A DNA stretch of 64,000 nucleotides from assembly GCA_049967655.1 (NCBI GenBank), contig JBMFSH010000003.1:1-64000 (forward strand), written 5' to 3'. The stretch's first letter is position 1; each line of letters begins with the position of its first letter. The DNA comes from Acidobacteriota bacterium. GTDB lineage: Bacteria > Acidobacteriota > UBA4820 > DSQY01. Of the stretch, positions 1-8,376 are shown in pieces. Under the pieces are notes generated by a model. It was not told the DNA's origin. It searched no databases and saw only the letters and a list, made by a program, of their open reading frames with translations. The position numbers and the translations under genes are program-made.

Positions 1-218
1 GCTCGTTTACTGGGGAGCCAAGGAGGATGGAGTCAATGCGGCGCTCGTCTTCGCGCAAAATCGGCGGGGTCTGGATCTCAAACGATTGCGGAAGAGGGCG
101 AAAGATGAGGATGTGGGGGAAGCCCTTTCCAAGTTGGAGAGGCTGTTCCATCGCCGGCCCAATCCCACGCGAGAAGAAATGAGCCGCTTCCTGAAGGAAT
201 CGGTTGGAGGTGTGAGCC

Positions 219-590
219 ATGGGTGAAGGGCGTCCCGAGTGGGCCCAGCTCGATCCTAGCGATCTTTCTCCCGGCAAGCCCCGTACCTTCCTTGAATGGA
301 GGATGCTGCGCTGCTGGGGCAAACTGCCTGAGTGGGAGCGTGACGTCCCCGGCTACTTGCTCCGGGATCTTAGGGAGCAGAGCGGGCTGACCCAGGTACA
401 GCTCGCTCAGCGCCTCGGTACGAGCCAGCAGGCCGTGTCCAGTGCCGAGCGATGGAATGCGAACCCCACGCTCAGGCTCGTCTTTGCGTGGCAACGGGTG
501 TGCAACAGCCCAGTTGGACTTGCGGGAAAGAGGCCGAGAGGGTCCCAGAAACACCATGCCGCAAAGGATTCAATACGTAGTATATGGTGA
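219..590 (+). CDS. XRE-family helix-turn-helix protein
   Basis: LRDLREQSGLTQVQLAQRLGTSQQAVSSAER is a typical Cro/CI HTH; lies in the mobile segment. Confidence 0.6.
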   Translation: MGEGRPEWAQLDPSDLSPGKPRTFLEWRMLRCWGKLPEWERDVPGYLLRDLREQSGLTQVQLAQRLGTSQQAVSSAERWNANPTLRLVFAWQRVCNSPVGLAGKRPRGSQKHHAAKDSIRSIW

Positions 591-798
591 GGCGCCGAAG
601 AGTTTAAGAGTGGTGCGGCCTGCTGTTGATCAGCGTTCGACGGTGCGTTCTTTCACGAAAACGTTCGGCGAAGAAAGCGCCTGAGTTGGACCCCAAACCA
701 GAAGGGCAGCACGATCACAAAACCGATCCGCATCCCCCGATACAATCCCATCGTGTCCTCCAATGCTCGGAGCAAGGGCCGGCGTGCGGCGCAGCCCT

Positions 799-1260
799 TT
801 ATTCGGCAGCGTCCTCGGGGATAGGGGGCACGTCCTTACCCGCAAGGTATTGCCCAAAGGCCTCCTCCACGACTCTCTTCAGCTCCTTGCGATCCCAATA
901 CGCCACCGCCTTAAGCTGTTGGACCGTCTCTTCCTTGACGATGAAGGTGGCGCGGGTCCAGCCGGGGCGGAGGCCTTTGGAGGTGGTGGAGCCTCGGGGA
1001 GGCCTGGCGGGTGTACTGGGATGATCGGAGCTACCCGGTGAACTCGGTAAATCCCGTTTACTCGGCTTACCGGTCTTACTCAGGCCACCCTGAGTACTGG
1101 GCTTATCAGGCTTACTCGGTTTCTCAGGGTTACTGGGTTGACTGGGTGGACTGAATACACCCTCCGTCTGTTCGGTCTCCTCGGCCTGGGCACCGCTGAT
1201 CCATCCGAGCGGGTCCTTCTTCTGGAACGGGTCGGAGCCCATGCGGGGTTTGCGAGCCAT
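799..1260 (-). CDS. ParA partner / centromere-binding adaptor-like protein (low-complexity linker, C-terminal RHH-like domain)
   Basis: Starts 3 nt after parA stop; N-terminal DPL motif, (K/Q)PS repeats, C-terminal WTRATFIVKEETVQQLKAVAYWDRKELKRVVEEAFGQYL fits a ribbon-helix-helix pattern. Confidence 0.7.
   Translation of the reverse strand: MARKPRMGSDPFQKKDPLGWISGAQAEETEQTEGVFSPPSQPSNPEKPSKPDKPSTQGGLSKTGKPSKRDLPSSPGSSDHPSTPARPPRGSTTSKGLRPGWTRATFIVKEETVQQLKAVAYWDRKELKRVVEEAFGQYLAGKDVPPIPEDAAE
1011..1154 (+). repeat. 16 degenerate tandem 9-bp units (consensus about GNTTACT(C/G)G) inside the ParA-partner gene
   Basis: e.g. gtttactcg gcttaccgg tcttactca ... gcttactcg gtttctcag ggttactgg gttgactgg. 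Confidence 0.7.
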
Positions 1261-1263
1261 GCC

Positions 1264-2013
1264 TTACCTCCTCGCGACGGCTTCTTGGGACAGGGCCAGA
1301 TAGTCCTGAGCGCCCCGGCAGTCGGGCCGGTACTCGAAGATGGTCTGGCCGTAGCTCGGGGCCTCGGCCAGGGCCACGTTGTCGTGGATCAGGGTTGCGA
1401 AGAGCTTGTCGGCGAAGTACTCGCGGATCTTCTCCACGACCTCCCGGTTGAGGTTCTTCCGGGCGTCGAACTGGGTGCCGATGATGCCCGAGATGGTCAG
1501 GTCGGGGTTGAGCCGCCGTTTCACGACGTTCACCGTCTCGATGAGCTTGCTCATGCCCTGGAGGGCGAGGTACTCGGTCTGGAGGGGGATGAAGAGCTCC
1601 TGGGCGGCCGTGAGGGCGTTCAGGGTGAGAAGGCCGAGGCTCGGAGGGCAGTCCAGCAGGACGAAGTCGCGCGCCGGCAGGCCGGCCAGGGCCTCCTTGA
1701 GCAGGAACTCTCTCCCCGCCATGCCCGAGAGCTCGATCTCGGCCGCGGACAAGCTCAGAGAGGAGGGGAGGACCTCGAACTGGTCCCGCCGGACAATGGC
1801 CTCAACAGCGGGGACCTCTCCCTTGAGCACCTCGTAGACCGTGGTTTCCAGCTCGTGGGCCTGGATGCCCAGCCCGTAGGTCAGGTGGGCCTGCGGGTCC
1901 AGGTCCACCAGCAGGACCGACTTCCCCAGCATGCTCAGCCCCGCTCCCAGATTGATCGTGGACGTGGTTTTGCCCACGCCCCCCTTTTGGTTGATCAACG
2001 CAATCGTCGTCAC
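1264..2013 (-). CDS. parA: ParA/Soj family partition ATPase
   Basis: Deviant Walker A NQKGGVGKTT, LLVDLDPQAHLT, LLDCPPSLG, LAEAPSYG. Confidence 0.95.
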   Translation of the reverse strand: MTTIALINQKGGVGKTTSTINLGAGLSMLGKSVLLVDLDPQAHLTYGLGIQAHELETTVYEVLKGEVPAVEAIVRRDQFEVLPSSLSLSAAEIELSGMAGREFLLKEALAGLPARDFVLLDCPPSLGLLTLNALTAAQELFIPLQTEYLALQGMSKLIETVNVVKRRLNPDLTISGIIGTQFDARKNLNREVVEKIREYFADKLFATLIHDNVALAEAPSYGQTIFEYRPDCRGAQDYLALSQEAVARR

Positions 2014-2040
2014 GGCTTTCCTCCTGGCAAGGAATATAGG

Positions 2041-2078
2041 TTACTCAGTAATCTCAATCAACTTTAATTACTTAGTAA
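2041..2078. promoter_or_regulatory. Two TTACT-N-AGTAA palindromes upstream of parA (putative operator/parS)
   Basis: ttactcagtaa 2041-2051 and ttacttagtaa 2068-2078, 27 bp apart in an AT-rich tract. Confidence 0.5.
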
Positions 2079-2211
2079 ACAGTGTAATCCAATCATACTT
2101 TGTCGAACGATGAGCTGGTATCCCGCCCCCTAACGGGGGAGGGGTGCCGGGTACTTGACAAGATGAGTCGCCGTAGGGGATTATTTCCCCCATAGTGACG
2201 CGGAGGGTAAA

Positions 2212-3009
2212 GTGACGACGGCTGAGTTCTTTGCTGCGCATGCGGTTTTTTCGCTCGATGAGGCGGTCCAGGCCCTGGCCCCGAAGAGTGCCCGCTCCAG
2301 CGTCGTGGAGCGGCTGAAGCATCATCTAAAAGTGGGCCGCCTTCAGCTAGTAACGAGGGAAATCTACGCGGTGGTTCCACCGTCCTCCCGAGCCGCCGCG
2401 TTCAAGGCGGATCCCTACCTCGTCGCATCCGCCGTCAGATCAGATGGGATCTACTCTTACCACAGCGCCCTGGAGTTGCTGGGAGCGGCCCATTCGACGT
2501 GGAACCAGTTGACGCTCTATACCGACCATCGCCGCCGGCCCTTGCGCGTGAAGGGTGTCATCCTTCGATTTCTGGAGCATCCTAGCCCTTTCCGCGTGGG
2601 ATCAGCCAGGGAGCTTGGGACACGCCAGGCTGAGCGGCAGGGGGGGCTCCTCAGGACGACAGGGCCAGAACGGACCTTAGTGGAAGGGTTTCATCGACCT
2701 GGACTCGTCGGGGGCCTGGAAGAGCTCGTGTTGTCGGTCGGGGGCGTTGCGGTCCTGGACCTGGATCTGCTGTGCGGGGTGCTCGAACGCTACGATATCC
2801 GCAAGCTCTGGGCCGCAGCCGGATGGTTCCTGGAGCGCCACGAAAAGACATTCCATGTGCCTAGTGCGATCCTCAGCCGTTGTGAGAAGAGGCGGCCCCC
2901 CTCGCCGCACTACTTGGATCGAAACAGCAGGGGAGGGACCCTTTCATCGCGCTGGAACGTGGTCGTACCTGAACAGTTGAGGAGAGTTGGAGGGCCCGAT
3001 GAGTCCTAG
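2212..3009 (+). CDS. abiEi: AbiEi-like type IV toxin-antitoxin antitoxin / transcriptional regulator
   Basis: N-terminal wHTH-like region (GRLQLVTREIYAV), SYHSALELLG and TGPERTLVE motifs; overlaps the AbiEii gene. Confidence 0.8.
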   Translation: MTTAEFFAAHAVFSLDEAVQALAPKSARSSVVERLKHHLKVGRLQLVTREIYAVVPPSSRAAAFKADPYLVASAVRSDGIYSYHSALELLGAAHSTWNQLTLYTDHRRRPLRVKGVILRFLEHPSPFRVGSARELGTRQAERQGGLLRTTGPERTLVEGFHRPGLVGGLEELVLSVGGVAVLDLDLLCGVLERYDIRKLWAAAGWFLERHEKTFHVPSAILSRCEKRRPPSPHYLDRNSRGGTLSSRWNVVVPEQLRRVGGPDES

Positions 3010-3964
3010 CCGGGAGTTGCTCCAGCGCTACTCCGACGAGACCGGCTATGCCATTAGTCCTCTCGAGAAAGTCGCCCGGCTGGGCGAATTTGCGGCCAAC
3101 ATGGGGCGCCATCCTCTCCTTGGGCGAGTCCTGGCACTCAAGGGAGGCACTGCCCTCAACTTGTGTTTTGGGCCTCCGACGCGGCTCTCCGTTGACCTCG
3201 ACTACAACTACCTAGGGCAGCTGGAACGAGGGAAGATGCTTGAGGAGCGGTCCAACGTTGAGGAGGCACTCGCGGGCTTGGCGGCACGAATGCGGTACCA
3301 GATTCAGTGGTCCGCGGACGCCTTCGCTGGCCGCAAACTCTATCTACAGTACCGCTCCGCCCTGGGTGTTCCAGACCGGATTGAAGTGGACGTGAACTAT
3401 CTCTTCAGGTTGCCCCTTGCAGGAACGGTCACCAAGGAGCTCTGGCAACCGGGCGACATGGACCGTCCGACCATCCCCCTGGTCAGCCTGGACGAGATAC
3501 TCGTTGGAAAACTCCTGGCCTTCTTCGACCGATGCGCGCCGCGCGATCTCTGGGATCTTGCCCACCTGCCCAAGCCTGCCCGATCAGTGGGGAGTTCATC
3601 TTCCTTCAGGGCTCTCTTTCTTGCGATGTCCGCAATCCTCGATCATCAGGTGAACACTTATGGTCCCGACCGGATTGGAAGAATGGTGACGGAGCGAGCT
3701 ATGGCAGAGCAGCTGGTCCCCATGCTCATCGCCGGCGAAGCACCGGACAGAACCGTTTTGATCGAGGCAGCATGGGGCTTCGCAGCAAGGTTTGTCACGC
3801 TGGCCCCCAACGAGGAAGCCTACGTGGCGGCTGTCGGACGAGGGGAGCTCGCCCTCGAACACCTCTTCCCGTCCGCGCCTCAAGAGGCTGCAAGGCTGGC
3901 TCAACATCCCGCGTTGCTCTGGAAGATCGCCAACGTTAGGGAGCATCTCAAACGCAGCGTCTAA
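2999..3964 (+). CDS. abiEii: AbiEii/AbiGii nucleotidyltransferase toxin
   Basis: LALKGGTALNL, RLSVDLDY, GKLLAFFDR..PRDLWDL motifs. Confidence 0.9.
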   Translation: MSPSRELLQRYSDETGYAISPLEKVARLGEFAANMGRHPLLGRVLALKGGTALNLCFGPPTRLSVDLDYNYLGQLERGKMLEERSNVEEALAGLAARMRYQIQWSADAFAGRKLYLQYRSALGVPDRIEVDVNYLFRLPLAGTVTKELWQPGDMDRPTIPLVSLDEILVGKLLAFFDRCAPRDLWDLAHLPKPARSVGSSSSFRALFLAMSAILDHQVNTYGPDRIGRMVTERAMAEQLVPMLIAGEAPDRTVLIEAAWGFAARFVTLAPNEEAYVAAVGRGELALEHLFPSAPQEAARLAQHPALLWKIANVREHLKRSV

Positions 3965-4020
3965 AAATGCGAGGCCGGGCAGGTCGCCCGGCCTCCAAAT
4001 ACCCTCGTTCGGTCCCCAAA

Positions 4021-4042
4021 AAATCGCAACTAAATCGCAACT
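4021..4042 (+). repeat. Perfect 11-bp tandem repeat (AAATCGCAACT)x2, possible integrase arm-type site
   Basis: Seen directly, about 130 bp left of the att core; function inferred. Confidence 0.45.
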
Positions 4043-4173
4043 TTGAAATCGGCCCGGGCTCGACTTGTGAAAAGCCCGTTAGAGAGATCCGATTCAGTTC
4101 CGCCATACCCAATATGACTAACTCGCACTCCTGGAGAATTGAGCTAAGTCGTTTAAAATCAGCCACATGCATT

Positions 4174-4218
4174 TTCGGGACCAAGGGGTCGGTGGTTCAA
4201 ATCCACTCGCCCCGACCA
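4174..4218 (+). repeat. att core: 3' half of tRNA-Pro(CGG), anticodon loop to CCA
   Basis: ttCGGga-ccaaggggtc-ggtgGTTCAAATccact-cgccccga-CCA; no D-arm or 5' acceptor strand upstream. Confidence 0.85.
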
Positions 4219-4320
4219 GATAAATCCTCCAGAATCAGGTGGTTACGGAAGCCTCCGAAGCCGGGCTGAGGTTGGAGTCCGCCCGATTGCAGCGGAGCCC
4301 GGCCCCTGGAAGCCCCGCCG

Positions 4321-5574
4321 TCACCCGTCTGCCGCGTGGGGCGATGGCTTCTCCACCGCCTCTCCCCGCATGTGGACGCCGCGCGCCTCGGCGCCCAGGC
4401 CGACCAGGAGCGCGATCAGCAGTGCGGCGCCGCCGGCCACCACCGCGAGCGCCCAACTGTAGTTCTGGTGCATGTGCCGACCGATGGCCGCCTGCAGGGT
4501 GGCGTTGGAGGAGGCCAGCAAATTGCCGAGCTGGTAGACGACCCCCGGGAAGGTGGCGCGCAACTCCGGCGGCGACAGCTCGTTGAGGTGGGCCGGGATG
4601 ACGCCCCAGGCGCCCTGCACGCACACCTGCATCAGGAACGCGCCGATCGCCAGCGTCAGAGGCGAGCGGGAGAAGGCCCAGAGCGGGAGCACGGGGAGGG
4701 CGAGGAGGCTCGCGAGCACGATCGCCGCGCGGCGGCCCATGCGCTGCGAGAGGGCGCCGAAAACGATGCCGCCGATGATCGCCCCCGCGCTGTAGATGAG
4801 CGCAATCGTGGTGATGGTGCCGTGCGAGAAGTGGAGCTGCCGGCCGAGGAAGGCGCTCGGATAGAGGTCCTGCGTGCCGTGGCTGAAGAAGTTGAAGGCG
4901 GTCATCATGACAACGGCCCAGAGCAGGAGGCCCAGGTGGTCGCGGAAGATGCGTCGGAAGGCGGGGCGCGGGGCGTCGCGGCGCGCGAGCCAGTCCGGGC
5001 TCTCGGGGACCGAGCGGCGGACGTAGAGGACGAGAAGGGCCGAGAGCCCGCCGATCATGAACATGCCGCGCCAGCCCACGAGCGGGTAGAAGAGGCCGAA
5101 GGCGGCGGAGGCGACGAAGTAGCCGGCCGGGTAGCCGCTCTGGAGCAGCCCCGAGACCCAGCCGCGCCATCGCGCCGGCACGGTCTCCATGGCGAGCGAG
5201 GCGCCGATCCCCCATTCGCCGCCCATGGCAATGCCAAACAGTGTGCGCAGAACGAGAAAGGTGATCAGGTTGGGCGCGAACCCCGACAGGAACTCGAGGC
5301 CGGCAAAGCAGAGGACGTCGATGACGAGGACCGGCCGGCGGCCGTACCGGTCGGCCAGGCGCCCGAAGAGCAACGCCCCCACGGGGCGCATGGCCAGAGT
5401 GAGGGTGATGGCGAGCGTGAGCGTGGTGAGCGAGGTGGAGTAGCTTCGGGCGACGTCGCGAAGGACGAAGATCAGGATGAAGAAGTCGAAGGCGTCGAGC
5501 ATCCAGCCCAGAAACGCAGCGACGACAACGTGCCGTTGCAGGCCCGTGGGAGCGCTCACGATCTCATCCTTCAC
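4321..5574 (-). CDS. MFS transporter, SHS family (NanT/Jen1-like carboxylate:H+ symporter)
   Basis: GWMLDAFDFF, FGRLADRYGRRP, GIAMGGEWG, FSHGTQDLYP, QGAWGVIPAHLNELSP. Confidence 0.9.
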   Translation of the reverse strand: MKDEIVSAPTGLQRHVVVAAFLGWMLDAFDFFILIFVLRDVARSYSTSLTTLTLAITLTLAMRPVGALLFGRLADRYGRRPVLVIDVLCFAGLEFLSGFAPNLITFLVLRTLFGIAMGGEWGIGASLAMETVPARWRGWVSGLLQSGYPAGYFVASAAFGLFYPLVGWRGMFMIGGLSALLVLYVRRSVPESPDWLARRDAPRPAFRRIFRDHLGLLLWAVVMMTAFNFFSHGTQDLYPSAFLGRQLHFSHGTITTIALIYSAGAIIGGIVFGALSQRMGRRAAIVLASLLALPVLPLWAFSRSPLTLAIGAFLMQVCVQGAWGVIPAHLNELSPPELRATFPGVVYQLGNLLASSNATLQAAIGRHMHQNYSWALAVVAGGAALLIALLVGLGAEARGVHMRGEAVEKPSPHAADG

Positions 5575-5798
5575 ATCCTCCTAGGACTCCTCGCGGGCCC
5601 GTCGGCCGGCCGGTCCGGCCCACGGCCTCCTCCGCCCCGGGCAGGCCCCGGCGCCGAGCCGGAAGCAGCCGCACACCGGGAGTCCTGCCTCTTCCCACCC
5701 TACCCCCACCCACAACTCTCCACAAGTGCCCGCATCTCGCCCCCGTGTCCAGAATTCAGCCCGCAAGGACGGTGGCCCGACCGCGATGGCGGGGCGGG

Positions 5799-6181
5799 CT
5801 ATCGCACCTCGGGGAGGTTGGAGCGCCGCCAGGCGAGCATGCCCCCGGCGAGCTGGACGGCGCCGGTATAGCCGTGAAGCATCAGGAGGCGAACGGCCGG
5901 CACGCTGCGGTGGCCCTGAGGCAGACGGCCACGAGGGGGCGGGCCGGATCCAGCGAGAGACCGCCGATGCGACCTCGGAAATCCGATAGGGGAACGTGCA
6001 TGGCCCCTGCGATGTGGCCCTGGCGCCACTCGTGGTCCGTGCGCACGTCCAGGATCTGCGGGCGTTGGGCCCCGCGCTTGAGCCGCTTGGCCAGCTCCTG
6101 CGGGGCGATCTCCGGAGCCGTGCCGAAGGGCAGCCACCAGAAGAGCCTGAGGAAGAGCGATGCCTGCTGAGTTCGATCCAT
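5799..6181 (-). pseudogene. Rhodanese-domain protein with a 1-nt frameshift in the active-site loop (or sequencing error)
   Basis: ILDVRTDHEWRQGHIAGA..VAVCL in one frame continues as GHRSVPAVRLL..LAGGMLAW in another; one inserted base near 5916 restores CL(S)GHRS. Confidence 0.75.
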
Positions 6182-6272
6182 CTTCACCCCGCGCGCTCCT
6201 CCGGCACCGTCAGCGGAGGTCCGGTAGTATACCCGATGCCATCGGTTGTCCAAAATAAATTCGACTCGCCTT

Positions 6273-6415
6273 AATTCCGCGATGTAGGCATAAAGCCTTT
6301 GCAGGAGCGTCGCCTCGCCGCGGCCTCGGGTGAGCGCGAGACCGTGGGGAGATGGTCCGGAACGGCCCCTCGCGCCTGGGGCGGCGCTCCTACGCGCGAA
6401 ACTCGATCGCGGAAT
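6273..6415. repeat. Element bounded by ATTCCGCGAT/ATCGCGGAAT inverted ends, enclosing a GTAG-type REP doublet
   Basis: Minus-strand GTAGGAGCGCCGCCCCAGGCGCGA (6370-6393) faces degenerate gcaggagcgtcgcctcg (6301 onward). Confidence 0.6.
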
Positions 6416-6499
6416 CGGGGGTGCCCGAAGGCTTTCGCTCGGCCGGCCGTTATGGTAAGTAGGACTCGGTGAATGTGCTGGAGACCAAGAGGAGGTGCC

Positions 6500-7813
6500 A
6501 TGCGAACACTCAAGATCATGACGGCAATGCTGGCCGTTTCGGTCGTTCTGGCTGGAGGCCAGGCCTTACGCGCCCAGGAACCGATGGCCTACTCGGTGGG
6601 GCAGATTGACCAGATGGTGGCGCCCATCGCCCTGTACCCGGACGCGCTCGTCTCGCAGGTTCTCATGGCCGCCACTTTCCCGGACCAGGTGGCCGACGCG
6701 GACCAGTGGCTTCAGGCCAATCCGGGTCTTTCGGGCGCCGAGCTCGACGACGCGCTCTCCACGGCGAGCTGGGATCCGAGCGTGATCTCCCTCTGCAAGT
6801 TCCCCAATCTTCTGCACCGGATGGGGAGCAACATGCAGTGGACGACCGATCTCGGCTACGCCTTTCTGGGACAGAGAGACCAGGTGTTCGATTCCGTTCA
6901 GAGGCTCCGAAGGGTCGCCTATCAGAACGGGTACCTCCGCTCCTCGCCCCAGCAGACGGTCGTCGTGGAGCCGCAGTACATCGTGATCCAACCCTACAAC
7001 CCGAACGTCGTCTACGTCCCGGTCTATGAGCCCACGGTGGTCTACGGGCCGGCCTGGAACTACCCGATCTACTACTACCGTTCGGTTTGGACGCCCTCGC
7101 CCGGGCTCTCCTTCGTGAACGGATTCGCGTGGGGCATCGGGTTCGCGGCGGCGCAGGCGCTCTTCGGGGGCTGCGACTGGAACCACCACAACGTGGTCGT
7201 GAACAACACGGTGGTCATCAACAACACCATCTACCGGACGAGCTACGACCGCTATCGGAGCTACTACGGAAGAGAGGGGCGGCGCGGCTGGGTCCGCCCC
7301 GCCCTGGTCCCGCACGGCAACGAGGGCCGCAGGGGCGCCCCCTACGGCGGGGAGAACCACGGCGCCGTCCGCGGGATCTCCCACCTGCCTCCGGCCTACC
7401 ACGCCCCGACGCCGCGTCGCCCTTACTCGGGCGAGCCTTACCGGAGAGAGGGTACGGTGAGCCATCCACCCACGACGGTGCCTCGCGAGAGCTACCCGCG
7501 GAAGGTCGAACCTCCCAAGGGGGAGCCTTATCGGAGGGAGGGTACGGTGAGCCATCCACCTACGGTGGTGCCTCGCGAAACCTACCCGAGGAAGGTCGAA
7601 CCTCCCAGGAGCGAACCGTACCGCAGGGAGGGCATGGTGAACCGTCCGCCCACGACGGTGCCGCGCGAGCCCCGCGAGGGGACCCTTCGAGCTCCCGTTA
7701 GAACCCAGGCCGGACCGCATGTCGAGCAGATGCGCAAGAACCCGGCGCACCCTGCCGAACCGGCCCGCGTGCAGGAGCCCAAGAAGGAGGAGAAGGAAAA
7801 CAAGCACAACTGA
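6500..7813 (+). CDS. DUF3300 family exported protein with Pro/Arg-rich repeat tail
   Basis: Signal peptide; IDQMVAPIALYPDALVSQVLMAATFP, WDPSV, IQPYNPNVVYVPVYEP; RBS gaggagg. Confidence 0.9.
   Translation: MRTLKIMTAMLAVSVVLAGGQALRAQEPMAYSVGQIDQMVAPIALYPDALVSQVLMAATFPDQVADADQWLQANPGLSGAELDDALSTASWDPSVISLCKFPNLLHRMGSNMQWTTDLGYAFLGQRDQVFDSVQRLRRVAYQNGYLRSSPQQTVVVEPQYIVIQPYNPNVVYVPVYEPTVVYGPAWNYPIYYYRSVWTPSPGLSFVNGFAWGIGFAAAQALFGGCDWNHHNVVVNNTVVINNTIYRTSYDRYRSYYGREGRRGWVRPALVPHGNEGRRGAPYGGENHGAVRGISHLPPAYHAPTPRRPYSGEPYRREGTVSHPPTTVPRESYPRKVEPPKGEPYRREGTVSHPPTVVPRETYPRKVEPPRSEPYRREGMVNRPPTTVPREPREGTLRAPVRTQAGPHVEQMRKNPAHPAEPARVQEPKKEEKENKHN
7430..7669 (+). repeat. About 2.7 copies of a 90-bp (30-aa) coding repeat
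   Basis: GEPYRREGTVSHPPT(T/V)VPRE(S/T)YPRKVEPP(K/R); units start at 7430, 7520, 7610. Confidence 0.85.
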
Positions 7814-7823
7814 TCCTCGCCTC

Positions 7824-8092
7824 CCCAATTCCGCGATGGAAGCGCGGGTGGCTTCGGCCAGGTCTCGGACACACGGGGGAAAGGCATTGTCTCTTGGACG
7901 GGGAGGGCCATTCCCTCCCCGCCCCACGGGCAAAGCCCGTGGGGCCCCACCCCGCCCTTGGGGCTTTCTCGCCCGGCCTGGGCCGGGCGAGAAAGCGACC
8001 CAAACCCCTTGGTGGGTGAAGACCGGCTTTCGTGGAAACCTCTGTCCATCTGCCTTTCCTCGCCACTGCCATGTCCGATCGCGGGATTTGGG
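7824..8092. repeat. MITE-like dispersed repeat, copy 1 (ends CCCAATTCCGCGAT / ATCGCGGGATTTGGG)
   Basis: 7824-7961 aligns in reverse orientation with 55230-55369 with few mismatches. Confidence 0.75.
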
Positions 8093-8316
8093 TGCCTCTT
8101 AAACGCCTGATCCTCCGAGCGGGAAGGGGTCGCCCCTTCCCGCTCGCCGTTCCAGGCCGGAGGGAAGCGCGCTCGGCCCCGCCCGGCCTGAAGCTCCAGC
8201 CCCTCCGAATGAGCGGCCGTGGCCGTGAGCCCTCTGCCCTCCCGCCCCCGCCCCCATTGAGCGCCGCGGAAGCGGCCACTTTGCCGGACGCCCGAGATCG
8301 AGTCCCTCTCCGCGGC

Positions 8317-8376
8317 TTGACGGGCATGATCGAAGACCTTATTCTTAGCTCTGCTGATATTTAGTGGAGCTAAGAA
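8317..8376 (+). promoter_or_regulatory. sigma70 promoter (TTGACG-N17-TATTCT) overlapped by a MarR-type inverted repeat
   Basis: TTCTTAGCTC 8342-8351 and GAGCTAAGAA 8367-8376 form a perfect IR directly before the marR ATG. Confidence 0.7.

Larger units (their letters stand above)
1..4218. mobile_element. Right end of a tRNA-Pro-integrated genomic island (integrase not in window)
   Basis: par module plus AbiE TA cargo, AT-richer spacers, ends at a tRNA 3' fragment. Confidence 0.7.

Noticed and set aside
4140..4218. Complete tRNA-Pro gene
   Set aside because: No 5' acceptor strand, D-arm or 5' anticodon-stem strand; only the 3' 45 nt match
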